A DNA stretch of 64,000 nt. Origin: Neophaeotheca triangularis (lineage: Eukaryota). The translations under genes and the position numbers were made by a program. The DNA is taken from NCBI GenBank assembly GCA_054600435.1, contig BAAIJX010000012.1, positions 248,001-312,000 on the forward strand, in the 5' to 3' direction. The notes below the pieces were generated by a model, which made no database searches, had not been told where the DNA came from, and saw only the letters and a list, made by a program, of their open reading frames with translations. Positions 35,677 to 47,600 of the stretch are shown piece by piece (the first letter of the stretch is position 1; every line of letters begins with the position of its first letter).

Positions 35677-36718
35677 CGCGTTGCAAGCGTAGTGATACCC
35701 CTTCCCTTTTACCCTTTTGTGTGTGCGTGTTGGCCTGCGCTGAGGGTTTTTGTTTTGTGCTATTTGTTGTTACTCTTTCCTTCTTTCTTCTTCTCTTCTG
35801 TTTTACCCTTCTGACTTTGGCCAGGCCGACATTCTTTTTGTACGGTGTTGGCGGCGTTTTCTCTTCCTTGCCCTTTACCTTTTGCATTCGTCGAAGGCCA
35901 GCTTTCACACGTTCTGTGGTGTTGTTCAATTGGGTTGTCTCTTAGTTCCCTGCTAGCACGGCGAGAAGTTTGAGTGTTAATTGAAGGTTAACTAGCTCAG
36001 ACGGGCCCGAGGAGAAGATTGCAGGGTTATTTAGTTGAGAATTGTGAGAAAGCGGCATAGATAGAGTTAGGGAAGTGGTGTTTGTGAGTCGAGAGGGACA
36101 GATAGGGCGCGTTACCACTCGTCTTGGTTGTCTCCAGACGACATCGGCACCGGGGAAAGATAATAGATCTCACGTCTAATAAGTTATCTAGGGAGACGGC
36201 AGGAAATCTGAGCCACTACTACTGATTGATGATCCAATGCTTGAAGCTTACGTGCCGGCTCATGGTCGTCATATTATTTTGGCCGTTGCTTGAGGCGTTG
36301 TAGCGTTGCAAGGTTGATGGCTTGGCCTTGCTTCTGCTTCTGCCGCTTTGCTTGTTGCCCACCTGCATGCCGCTACCTTCAGGTTACTAAGCTTACCTTA
36401 TGAATCGGGCGTGATGACGGGAAGTTGGCCGGTGACGTCTGGATCTGCCCCGCAATTCCCACGGCCACGCCACGCCTCGCCACGCCACGACGATCAGCGC
36501 CACACCACACCGGTCTAGACTAACGTTAACTTAGCTGGGTACTCAATGTACTGAGGTAGGTACCTCACCTCACCTCGTAGTGGTCATGTCGTAACAACAG
36601 ACGGCACGCGGACAACACAACCACCTGCCCTGGGCAGGTCATCTACCTCACGTCGTCCCTACCTTTTCCGTCGTCAACCCGCCTTTGGGCGAGGTGGAAA
36701 CTGGAAATCAAAGCCCCC

Positions 36719-36749
36719 GCCTAGCCTAGCCTAGCCTAGCCTAGCCTAG
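36719..36749. repeat. (GCCTA)6 pentamer repeat
   Basis: gcctagcctagcctag... lies about 300 bp upstream of the hydrophilin ATG. Confidence 0.85.
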
Positions 36750-37044
36750 GTATATGTAGGTTCTGGAAGGAGTTCCAGGCAAAGTCAAAATGGCAGGAGC
36801 TACCCCTCTAGACCCAATGGGCGGGCAAAATGACATCGTTGCTAGGTGCTTCGTCACATTATCAGGTAGGTCATGTATAGCTTGCATCACTTGCTCTTCC
36901 TTTCCTTTTCCTTCCTTCCAGCTTCTCCCATCTCTCTTCCCTGGTCAAGAAACTTGGTAGCAATTCACAGTATTCACGGCTAGATCACGCAGCTTGACAG
37001 CACGGCAGACACCGACACACAGCAATAGTAGAAGTTTATTCATC

Positions 37045-38153
37045 ATGACACAAGAATGGAGGCCAGAGGGCGTGGGCCCGCACAAGACCCTGGCAGGTAA
37101 CATGGTGAGTCCAGCCTCGTCGAGAGACTTCACTGCCAATCGCGAGGGAAACACAAGCAAGCGACTGACTTTTCCCCCTCTCAGTTCGACCCCAACATCC
37201 AAGCCGACGGCCAGAAGGGTGGCGAGGGTGTGGGCGGAACCAGTCAGCGCCGCGTCGAAGAGGAAGGCCTCGAGCACATTCGAAAGACTGGTGGGGGCGA
37301 TGGCTCCTCAAGCGGTGCCTTTACCGGCGCCGGCGCTACGGGAATCGACCAACAGCGCGTCCATTCCGAAGGCATCGAGCACATCAAGCAAAGCATGAGT
37401 GGCACTTCCACAAGCAACACGCTACCACCCCCTTCCAACCCCGGCAACGATCCCAGCGGCGGACTCCCCTCAGGTGCAGGCGGCGTCGCTCGCACTGAGG
37501 AAGATACTCCCAACATGACCGTCGGCTCAGCAGGGGGCTACGCACCCCAACCCGGCCGCGACCCCGCGACCGAAACCTCGGCTTTCGCTCCCGCCCCCAG
37601 CGACAACGATCCCACAACCGGCCCGCCACCCACAGAGACAGGAGGAGACCCTGCCACAGCCGCCAGCGACCGCGGAATGGGGTTGTCGGGCGACTCCAGC
37701 GCTACTGACGAGCACCCTGACGAGACGGCCGAGAAGGGCGACAAGCCCCCACCACCCGGCGGCACGCCGTCAAACAAGCTCGACAACCCTTCCTCCATCC
37801 CCACAGCGGGTGGCGAGCGTCTGGGGCAGAAACACTGGGGCGAGAGCAACGTTGTGCCCGATAACCCCAAGCCGAGGGCTAGCGAGGCCGGGATTAGCAG
37901 TGCGGAGGGCCAGCCTGACAGTGAGTCTTGACCTTCCCTCCCACATTTTTTTGTTCTCGCGTGCGCGTTTGGTCGGACAGTCTAGTGGTGGAGTACTGAC
38001 CTTGTTCTGTAACTTTTAGAAAGCACTAGCGACAACACCAACAAGAACACCGGTGGAGCTAGTGGTGGACCGCAGCATATGAAGGAGGGCGAGGGCCAGG
38101 GTGAAGAGAACCAGGGAATGATGGACAAGATCAAGTCGAAGCTAGGGAAGTAG
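37045..38153 (+). CDS. Gly/Pro/Thr-rich hydrophilin (dehydrin/LEA-like stress protein)
   Basis: Three exons, with introns 37105-37184 and 37921-38019 (both GTGAGT...CTGAC...YAG) joining in frame. The protein is highly hydrophilic and ends ENQGMMDKIKSKLGK*. Confidence 0.75.
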
Positions 38154-38372
38154 AAGAATCGAGAGGACCTGGCTTGCACGCACCTTAATGCCAGTGACGG
38201 CACATTGGTGTGCGCAAGGGTGACATGTGTAATTTTAATTTGATGCCTTTTTCTACGAGCTCAACGTATTCCAGACCACGTCTTTGCCTCTCCTTCATTT
38301 TTTCTCATCTCCTCTTTCTCCCCTTCTCCCCGTCGCACACTACTCGATTCCCAAACCACAGCTGCCACTATA

Positions 38373-41084
38373 CTAAATCATCCCCCCCTCACCACTTCCC
38401 CCTCCACCACCCCCCTCAGGCACCACCCGAATCAACCTCTTCAACTCCTCCCTCCGCTTCTGCGCCCGACTCTCCCTCTTCCCCTCGGCCGCTTGCGTCA
38501 AAAACTCAAACTTCTCGAAAACGCTCGGTCTCGGCTCATGCTTGCCCCCACCCTCAACAACACTGCCTCGCGGACGTTGATCCCGGGGCTTTCGCGACTG
38601 GAGAGGCGTGAAGAGGACGTTGTGGGAGGTGTCGCTGGTGGACTCGGTGGGGACGTGGGGTTTGTCTTTTTGGAGGGCTTGGAATTGCGTGCGTGCTAGG
38701 TTGGTCCACAGGTCGCGTTTCGAGCGGTTTTGTGGTCCTTTACTACTGGCTGGGTGAGCGCTGTTGGGGGCTGAGGGGTCGGTGTCTGGGCTGAAGGCTG
38801 AGGTTGAGGGGTTTGGGCTTGCTGGGTGGCTGGTGCTGTGGTTGTGGCGTTGGGGCGAGAGGTGTGGGCTTGAGGCCCGTGGGGTGGCGATGTGTTGTTG
38901 TTGTTGTTGTTGGCTGGGTTTCACCGTCGCTAGCGTTATCGGCTCGAAACTGTGTTTGCGCTCCCAGCTGTTGCGTGGTTCGTAGCCAGCGGGCCGCGTG
39001 AGTAGGTCGGCGTATTTGGCTGCGGATTTGGCGAAGCGTTGGTAGAAGGGTTCTTGGTGGTGGTTGTTGTTGTCGGGCGCCGGAGGGACATCGTTGGGCT
39101 GGAATGATGGTTGTTGGCTTGCGGAGGGATTATCATGGCTGCTGAATTGTGTGGGCGAGGTTTCAGGCGTTTGCAAGCGTTGGGCCATGATGTCCGCAGC
39201 CAGGAGGGGTCGATGGGTGGCTGTCACTGAAACGGCAGAGTCTTTGCGTTGGTGGATTTGGTCCTTGCGCTTCGAGGGTGAGGCGCTGAAGTGATTTTTA
39301 CCCTTGTTCTTGTTCTTGTTCTTGCCTTTGCGCGGCATCATGTGTGGGTAGTAAGCGCTCACGCGGTTGTCGTAGCTGTTGCGGCGGGCTATCGGGTGAG
39401 AGGGCTCCTGCTGGGATTGTTGCTCGTACAGTGGGCTGTAAGGCGTGACGGCGATGGTTGGTCTCTGCATGCCGGACGGACCTGAGGTCACGATTGGTGG
39501 CGAGATGGGAATGGTGCCGCTTGTGCTCCTGCGCTCGTGCTTGTAGAAACCATCCGGGGCAAGGGATAACTTCATGGGCACGTTCGAATGGCTGCCACTC
39601 GAAGCTGTTTGGGTCGTGGACTCGACACCGCTATCTGTGGTAGGATTGGAGCTGGCCACGGAGCTCTGGCTATGCCCGAACTTGCTACTGGCATGCTTTT
39701 TCAGCCCCTTACTGTGGAAGAGCGGTTGGGGTACCAACTTCATGTGCTGGCGAATACTATGATCAGACTCGCTACGACGGCTTGAAGAGGCCGGAGAGTA
39801 TCGGTACTGCTCCGTCAGAAGAGCATGGTAGTCTTTCGCGATTTTCTGGGCGTGGGAGTAAATCTCTCCATCTTCCTCCGAGGACGAGCTGTGGTAGGAC
39901 TTCCGATGAGGCAGGTAGTGGTCGTAGCTCATGTTTCGAGGGCCACGCTGTCTAGTGCGGCCACGAGGCTGCTCATCTGCTTCCGCCAAACCTAAAGCTT
40001 GAGCTGCCTTTGCTCTCGACTCCTTCCTTGGCTGCGAAGCAATAGGGACCATCGCTTTTGGGGGGGCGGTTCCGACCGCAAAAGTACTAGTAGCAGCAGA
40101 TGAGCCTCGCTCCTCCTCAATCGGAAACGGGAAAGCGAAGCCACGATCCAGAGGCGTCATGGGGCTCGTCAAGCTGGCAATACGTTCTCGGCCATAGCTA
40201 TCGGTCAACACGGGTGGAGAAGGCAGCTCAGGAGGCGTGTCGGCGTACGACATGAGCGTGGGGGGCTTGACGACTACTCCCTCGTGAGATCGCGATTTCC
40301 TCAACGCAGGCACTGCCGTCTGCGCGCGAAGCTCTTCCGGCAGTAAGTGTACGGCCCCGGGTGCGTGAATTACGGCTCTGGCCTTTTCGATCGATACCGT
40401 GCGCAAGTGCTTTTTAGGGATGCTGGCAGAGGGCGGTGGAGGTGGCAATAGAACTGTAGCCCTCTCTCCCGACGGAGATCGTTGCTCAGAGTCCAGCGAA
40501 GTAGAACGGCTTGTCACTAAACTGGCCGTTGGCGATGGCGTATTGATGAGCGGGCTGTAAGTGCGAGGCTCGAGTAGAGGTGGGGTGGGAGCTTTCTCTG
40601 GCAGATGCGGAGTGCTGGCACTGTAAGCGATGGGTCGGAGGAGGAGCAGGTTGCCACCATCCGCGAAGTCGGAAGTGTTCCATTGAGGGAGGGGCGGAGG
40701 CGGCGAGTCGGGCACCGGAAACCACTGGGAGACGGTGCGGCTATAAACGCTCGAGGAACGACGCTGTCGCTCTGAACTCGAGGCTTCACCGACCGAGACG
40801 GATGGGCTTCCTGTCCAAGACCGTCTGGGCGATACGTAAGGCGGTAGCGGAGGGAGCGCTTTCTCCTTATCGACCTTGGGAATGCGTTTGACGAAGCCTT
40901 TGAACGAAGGTACTGCTTGTTCCATACCAGCAGCGCTCAGCGAAGAAGCGGATGAATTGCTACTAGTAAACGGCGGCCGTAGCTGGCTATCTTTTGGTCT
41001 GGTCTTTTGCTTAGGGTCGGGCTGTGGCATTTTCCAGCCCTTGACCTCCCCATATCCAGAAACTGGTTTTGCGTCAACGTACAT
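38373..41084 (-). CDS. Hypothetical Ser/Pro-rich disordered protein (~900 aa)
   Basis: Uninterrupted ORF of more than 2.7 kb; first ATG at 41084. No recognisable globular domain. Confidence 0.75.
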   Translation of the reverse strand: MYVDAKPVSGYGEVKGWKMPQPDPKQKTRPKDSQLRPPFTSSNSSASSLSAAGMEQAVPSFKGFVKRIPKVDKEKALPPLPPYVSPRRSWTGSPSVSVGEASSSERQRRSSSVYSRTVSQWFPVPDSPPPPLPQWNTSDFADGGNLLLLRPIAYSASTPHLPEKAPTPPLLEPRTYSPLINTPSPTASLVTSRSTSLDSEQRSPSGERATVLLPPPPPSASIPKKHLRTVSIEKARAVIHAPGAVHLLPEELRAQTAVPALRKSRSHEGVVVKPPTLMSYADTPPELPSPPVLTDSYGRERIASLTSPMTPLDRGFAFPFPIEEERGSSAATSTFAVGTAPPKAMVPIASQPRKESRAKAAQALGLAEADEQPRGRTRQRGPRNMSYDHYLPHRKSYHSSSSEEDGEIYSHAQKIAKDYHALLTEQYRYSPASSSRRSESDHSIRQHMKLVPQPLFHSKGLKKHASSKFGHSQSSVASSNPTTDSGVESTTQTASSGSHSNVPMKLSLAPDGFYKHERRSTSGTIPISPPIVTSGPSGMQRPTIAVTPYSPLYEQQSQQEPSHPIARRNSYDNRVSAYYPHMMPRKGKNKNKNKGKNHFSASPSKRKDQIHQRKDSAVSVTATHRPLLAADIMAQRLQTPETSPTQFSSHDNPSASQQPSFQPNDVPPAPDNNNHHQEPFYQRFAKSAAKYADLLTRPAGYEPRNSWERKHSFEPITLATVKPSQQQQQQHIATPRASSPHLSPQRHNHSTSHPASPNPSTSAFSPDTDPSAPNSAHPASSKGPQNRSKRDLWTNLARTQFQALQKDKPHVPTESTSDTSHNVLFTPLQSRKPRDQRPRGSVVEGGGKHEPRPSVFEKFEFLTQAAEGKRESRAQKRREELKRLIRVVPEGGGGGGSGEGGMI

Positions 41085-41960
41085 GGTGATTTGTTTGGTG
41101 GTGAGGGTGAATTCGCGAGGATGAGGGTAGAAGACATCTTGAGACAAAGGGTCGTGGGGGCAATGCCAGGTTCCCGATGCATAACAGGTCGAACAATGGA
41201 CGAGGTTCCGAATAAAGAAAATTCGACGCCATCCACATCCGGCTTTCGAGTCGACAAAGACCGGGAGTGCATCTCAAACAAATAATGGTTGCAAATGTCG
41301 TCGTCGTCGTCGTAGTCGTCGTCACTTACATGGAATAGACCGCAAGTACGGCAGCTCGATGTTCTCAGACCGACCCACATTCCAGCCCAAGCAGCCAGCC
41401 AATCCTACGGGGCGCCATTCGCTTCAACCACAGCAACAGAGCTCTTCAACTCCTAAGCCCGAACTTTGCTAGATGATAGCATGTCTCGCTCCGTGTCGTG
41501 CGACACCTGAAGATGGGCTCTGCCTGGAACGCACCAACAGTGCAACAAGCAAGATCGCGGACTATCACCGGGAGGGCAATGACAGTAGAAGAAATGCCAG
41601 ACTTGCCTTTCAAAACACATCGATGTCGTCAGAAAGAATCCATGCAACCAGCCGCTGCCAGGGAGGTAACATGGTTATGGTACAAAGCAGCAGTACGTAG
41701 GAAGAACACCTATTTTCACCACTTACTGCCGGGAGAGGACAATAGAGAAGGCTTCTATGGCGATTGAAAGCGTCTCCGGCGTATCATGTTGTCTTCGCTT
41801 GAGAGTGATTGATGGGTCGAGGGATGCATATTCGCACTGGCATAGCAGCGCCGACCTGATTGGAAGCGAGGAGTTGGACGATTATCAATGCCAGGGACCG
41901 GAAGGGTGCTTCCAAGTAGTCATTGCTTTGGTATCGTCAGTCTCTGAGAGTTCCAGGTTG

Positions 41961-42001
41961 GTGACTGTGACTGTGAGTGTGAGTGTGAGTGTGAGTGAGG
42001 G
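41961..42001. repeat. (GTGACT/GTGAGT)n hexamer repeat
   Basis: Visible directly in the divergent intergenic region upstream of BAT1. Confidence 0.75.
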
Positions 42002-42239
42002 TGAGGGTGGGTGAGGGTGAGCCGAGTCTAAGCGGAGGGCTGAAGTCAAGCCAATGTCTGTCTTGGCGTTGATGGTTCGGGAGCGATGCCGGAGAAGGCC
42101 AGACCAGACGACTCATCAACTGGAAGAAAGTCGCGTGCGCCCTTCAACATTCACGACCTGTATATATCAGGTATCAAGCCATTGAGCTCCCACCTTGCGG
42201 CAACTAAGCCCAACAACACTCGTTTGTGCAAAGCCCAAC

Positions 42240-43535
42240 ATGGCGACCTCATTGCGATCAAGTCTCCTCCCAAGGACCGTCGCCCGCGCCCTCCCCAGAG
42301 CCCTCCCCTCCTCTACACAACCCACCCTCCGCCTCCTTCAACGGCAGCAGCAGCAAAGACGGCATGAAAGCAGCATTCAATCCCCAGATGCCCGCGACCC
42401 GCGCCTATGGAACATCGACACGTCCAAACTCTCCATCCAGCAATCGACAACCCCCAAAGACGTCCTGCCCCACAACGAGCTCGTCTTCGGCCGCACCTTC
42501 ACCGACCACATGCTCTCCCTCGAATGGACAGCAAGCGACGGCTGGCTCGACCCACGCATCACCCCTTACCAAAACCTATCCCTCGACCCCGCGACATGCG
42601 TCTTTCACTACGCCTTCGAGGCCTTCGAGGGCATGAAAGCCTACAAAGACGCCGAAGGCAACGTGCGCCTCTTCCGCCCAGACCAGAATATGAAGCGTCT
42701 GAATAAGAGTGTCGCGCGCATCGCTTTGCCAACTTTCGACGGCGAAGCCTTCATCGAGCTGCTCAAGAAGTTCGTGCGCATCGAGGAGCGCTTCATCCCC
42801 AGCTCTCGCGGCTACTCGCTGTACATTCGGCCCAACATGATCGGCACGCAACGAACCCTCGGTGTCGGCCCGCCGGGTTCCGCGCTGCTCTACGCCATCG
42901 CGTCGCCCGTGGGACCCTACTACCCGACGGGCTTCAAGGCCATTTCACTCGAAGCGACGACCTATGCGGTGCGAGCGTGGCCCGGCGGCGTGGGGTCGTC
43001 GAAACTCGGCGCCAATTACGCGCCGTGCATAGTGCCCCAGATGCAAGCGGCGACGCGGGGCTTCCACCAGAACTTGTGGCTGTTCACGGACGTCGACGAG
43101 ACGACGGGGGAGAAGGAGGATTTCGTGACCGAGGTCGGGACGATGAACTTGTTCGCTTGCGTGGTTAATAAGGAGGGCCAGAAGGAGTTGATGACTGCGC
43201 CGTTGGACGGGACGATTTTGGAGGGTGTGGTGAGGGATTCGATTTTGGATCTGGCGAGGGAGAGGTTGGTGCCTGAGGGCTGGAAGGTCAGTGAGAGGAA
43301 GTTCCATATGCGGGAGTTGGCGGAGGCGAGTAGGGAGGGGAGGTTGTTGGAGGTTTTCGGAAGCGGGACCGCTGCTGTGGTCAGTCCTGTGAGGAGTATT
43401 AGTTACAAGGGGGAGTTGGTTGGGTGTGGTTTGGCCGAGGACCAGGAGGTTGGGCAGGTGACGAAGAGATTCAAGGACTGGATTGAGGGCATTCAGTATG
43501 GAGAGGAGGAGCACCCTTGGAGTGTGAAGTTGTAA
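42240..43535 (+). CDS. BAT1: Branched-chain amino acid aminotransferase with mitochondrial presequence
   Basis: LVFGRTFTDHML, FHYAFEAFEGMKAY, RLFRP, KLGANY (PLP lysine), EVGTMN, ILEGVVR and EVFGSGTAAVVSP. The N-terminus is Arg/Ser/Leu-rich and lacks acidic residues. Confidence 0.95.
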   Translation: MATSLRSSLLPRTVARALPRALPSSTQPTLRLLQRQQQQRRHESSIQSPDARDPRLWNIDTSKLSIQQSTTPKDVLPHNELVFGRTFTDHMLSLEWTASDGWLDPRITPYQNLSLDPATCVFHYAFEAFEGMKAYKDAEGNVRLFRPDQNMKRLNKSVARIALPTFDGEAFIELLKKFVRIEERFIPSSRGYSLYIRPNMIGTQRTLGVGPPGSALLYAIASPVGPYYPTGFKAISLEATTYAVRAWPGGVGSSKLGANYAPCIVPQMQAATRGFHQNLWLFTDVDETTGEKEDFVTEVGTMNLFACVVNKEGQKELMTAPLDGTILEGVVRDSILDLARERLVPEGWKVSERKFHMRELAEASREGRLLEVFGSGTAAVVSPVRSISYKGELVGCGLAEDQEVGQVTKRFKDWIEGIQYGEEEHPWSVKL

Positions 43536-43704
43536 AGACAATTTGTACAGAAAAAGTCGTTGAATCGGTGGACAAGTGTTGTTTAATTGCCAGCGACGGC
43601 GTTGAAGGGCTGCATGCTCTGTGGATACTAGAACTGCTATTTATCGATGCATTGTGCTTGACGATTGTCAAGACCATCCTTCCCGTCTCTTCCCAGGATC
43701 CACT

Positions 43705-44492
43705 TCACCTCGTCACAACCTCAATTCCCTCTTCCTCAGCCCCTCTAAGGACAAACTCCCTAACCCTCGCATCCGGCGCCAACTCAATCGCCAACTTGCC
43801 CCCACCATCTCTCTTCCCCGTCTCAGCACCAGCCTTCAACAACACGACCGCCGTATCCCCGTGCCCCTCAGCAACGGCATGATGCAGCGCCGTACACCCA
43901 TCCACATCCGTCGCATCGACCGGACTGCGATTGTCCAAAAACAGCCTCACAAGCGGCACGTGCCCCACAGCCGCAGCGCGATGCAACGGCAACTGGCCCC
44001 TCCGATCCTTGACCCTCGCCGTCGCCTTGTGCGCTAGCAGTTTCCGCGCGGCGTCCAGATTCGCCTTGGACGCGGTGAAGTGCAATGCAGTCTGCCCGTT
44101 GTTGGTCTTTGCATTCACGTCCGCGTTCTTGCTCAGCAGTAAGTCGAGAACCCTGTCGCCGTCCTTGATGCTCGCGGCCATCATGAGCGCCGTCCAGCCC
44201 GCACCATCTTGCGCGTCAGGGTCGAAGTCACGATTGTCGGAGAGGAGCTCGACGATTTCCAAGCGGTTGTGGGAGGCGGCCCAGTGGAGAGGCAAGCGGT
44301 CGTCGTCGTCGCGGCGCGAGGCCAGGCGTGGGTTGGAGTTGAGGAGACTTTCGACTACTTTGGCTGTGGCGCGGGGTTAGAGGTTGCTGGTGTGCCGATA
44401 CCTACTTGTGGTGCTTGTGAATGAGAGAGCTGGGACGCACTTTGGCCATCGCGACATGCCGCGTGGATGGCGAACTTGTCTGTTGTCTCCAT
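43705..44492 (-). CDS. NAS6: Ankyrin-repeat protein, Nas6/gankyrin-like proteasome chaperone
   Basis: Exon 1 METTDKFAIHAACRDGQ, then intron 44364-44440. Ankyrin repeats LPLHWAAS, GWTALMMAAS, GQTALHFTASK, GQLPLHRAAAVG and GCTALHHAVAEGH. Confidence 0.85.
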
Positions 44493-44678
44493 ATTGCCCA
44501 GTGAAGTGGTTTGTTTGATCGTCTATCGCGAGCTTGAAACGCCGCATGTGCAGCGAGCACTAACATGGCCGTGACGTAGCGCGTTTTTGTCCGAAGCCGG
44601 AGCTTGTTTCAACCGATCACGTGCCAAATCGAGATGTCTTGGCACTAGCGACGTCCCTAGCCTCAGGATGTCCAATAA

Positions 44679-47600
44679 TCAACTCGTCCTAATCAACACC
44701 CCCAATCTTCCCTTCCCATCATTCCTGGTTCCTTCCCCAGCAGCCTGCACCCTCAGAGTCTTCTGATAATACGAATCCACCACCTGCAAGACCGGCCAAA
44801 CCCACGTACCACCCAGCGATTCATCAGCATCTCCGGCGTCCGCGTCATGAAGCAGCAGTTGGAACTGTACAGAGTGGCGGCTAAAAGGTGCCAGACTGAG
44901 GGTTCTGTATTTTGGTCCGCTGAAAGCGAAGTCCTCGCTGGCTTCCATTGTCAGCGCGAAGGTGAGGAAGTGCAAAGAGGGGTTCTCGAGGTGGTAATGA
45001 ACAGTGGCACTAAGGATAGCGGGGTCTGGGTCGCTGATTGTGCAGAGGACTCGGGGCTCAGAGGTTGGGAGGTTTAGGCGTGGAACGGGCAGTTTGGTGA
45101 CGGCTTGTTTAGCGCTCTCGTATTGTCGGGACCAGGTCACGGCAAGCGTTAGTACGAGGGTGATTGGCCTGCGATCGTCAATCGATGTCTTTGTCGTCTC
45201 GAGCTCGAATGGTATCTGCAAGTTCTTCTTCGGGACAAGAGCCTGCGTAGATGATTCCGACTGCATTTGTGCGTAACATACTGCGTCGCCAGCAACGCGA
45301 TCAATCATAACTTCAGCCTTGTCAATGTTCACCTCTTCGTTGACCGTGCACGCCAGAGCGACTCCAAGTCGCCATTGCTGGCGAATACCATGAGCCTCGG
45401 AGCCTTGGACCGGTAGTCCAAAGTAATTTGGCCATGGGTCTCGATGATAGAAGGGCCCAAATTGGAAGCCTGCGTCAAGCAGCTTGACAAAAGGCAGGTC
45501 GACGTACAGGCTTTTGACCAATTCGCTATTCGGGTCGCTTTGCAGAGTATATCGAACGTCGATTGCTACTTTGAACGATGCAGGATCTATGGAGCCGTGT
45601 ATGAGTAGTTGGAGGTTTTGCGAATCCCCCGGTGCGATTGGAGAAATGTGTGCTTCATTGGACGCATCCTTTCCAGTGTTATGGCCAGACTGCCAACTGC
45701 TATGCAACGTTATGGAGCCGTCTTCGTTTGCGATAGATTTGGTTGCCGCGGCATTGATGACCTCGCTCTCGCCATTCTCAAGCCGAAGCGTCAGATCAAC
45801 GGGCTCATCAACAAAGTATTGAGGTCGGAGATTGAGCATTTCCAAGCGAAGTTTTGGTGGCTTTGGTAGCACCATCGCCGTCGCTGTCTCGGTCTGGGGG
45901 AGATATCTCTCAGAAACTCTATCCTCGCCAGCCCCGGGGATGTACCAACGCGTGGATTCAAATAAAAGCTGATCAGTCAGTGTATGGTGGATCGTGAATC
46001 GGTCGCCTTGGACCATGTAGTCAATCTGTTTAACCTGCACCTCATCAGCTTCCCTGAACGTGATAGGAAATGTGATGATGCGATGTTGCCCAGGCGCGAA
46101 AGACAAGTCTGCTTGTCCAGTGATGGTACCATTTGGGTCGCTTGCCAGCTCATCAACAGCAGCCAAGGTAGGGCTGTGCCCGGAAGTTTCGTTGCCCGAA
46201 GGCCGGTGCGATATGATGACCTTTCTGGATTGCCCAAAGTGAATCTCAATAGTCACTAAGTTGAGTCTCGCTGACATTGCTCTGGCTGTGGATGTAATTT
46301 GAACCTGACATTCAAGGGGATCGCCAACATATCCCTGTTTGGTGGCGAATGCGAACGCAACGGCGATCGGCCCTTTACGTTCCCGGTTTGAGTAGGACAT
46401 CTTCAAGGTCCCGTCGTCTTCGTCGTCCGGCTCCAAAGTCTTCGGAAGGGTTTCCTCGACCAAAGTTTTGCTTGTAGGAGCGCTCAGAAGCTCCCACGAT
46501 GTGCCAAGAACGACTTGTGGCTGTTTACACTGCATGGCGCTTTCGCGAAGCGTGATCAAAAGCCTCGAGAAAGGTCTGAGCCATGTATCACCGCGCCAGC
46601 TGGTTGTTGCCCAAACAGGATCTAGTAGCTGAAAGGCGTCTTCGTGTCTGTCCACATCAATGTAGTCCTGGGCTAGTTCCATGGCCATACTGTCGGTCAA
46701 ACGGTCTTGACCACGGCTGAGCAGCTCAACACTTGCGTCGCCGTGGTTCTCAGCTATGTATCGCAACAGCCCAGACTCGGTCCCGTCCGCAGCAAGAAAC
46801 GCCTCTTCGTGAGGAACTGGCACGAGGTAAGTGTCGTATGCGCCACTGCGTTTTGCCACTGCGGAAGCAGGTGTTTGTTCTGGCGGGCGCTGATCCTCTT
46901 CCGGGATTGCGAGAGCTCTGTTACGTCGCGCACGAAGTTTTCGGCCCGAAAGTCTCTGCCAGTACCCAGGATGATGGAGACTGTGGAAGGGGGGTAATCG
47001 CTCTATTTCGGCGAAGGCCTTCTCAGGTGGAGCGTAGATCCTTCGGAGGATCTTTTGGCCATCGTCCGAGTCATCAATTCTGAATACCGGGAGATCTGAT
47101 CTCGTGATAAGCTGTGCCATGATATGTGCCCATCTGGCTTCCCACGCCTCCCATGCGTAGCTCTCGGAGCCTCTTCCACGCTGGTCGACGAGATCTTTCA
47201 TCCTCGCCCTGTAGTTGCTCCAAGATCTAGCGGCAACAGATGTCGAGCTCAGCCATAGCTGACACCTCAAAGCCCGTATGGCCACTGCATCGCACAACAA
47301 GCGCGCTTCATTCCACCGAGGGGACCAGCTAGGCACTGTTTCGAATATGCCTTCGGAGCTCAGAAGCTCCTCGATGGTCGACTCATAGTGCCGCTCGGCG
47401 GTCTCCATCTCTTGCCGGAACTCGGCAAAGGCCCCCAGTTTCAGATCGTACCGCGCATTCCAGCCGGAGGTCGTTAACGCCTTTGAAGCTCCTCCGTGTA
47501 AAGATAATGCAGCATTGTGGGGAGGAGCCCCTCGACCTTTCTTCCGGCGCGTGTGCTTCGTAAGGTCTCTATAGTACTCTAGGATAGACGGTTGCAAGGC

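Noticed and set aside
35513..35956. Lys-rich and Phe/Leu-rich ORFs after the Sel1 gene
   Set aside because: Translations of a pyrimidine/purine-biased 3'UTR and microsatellite.
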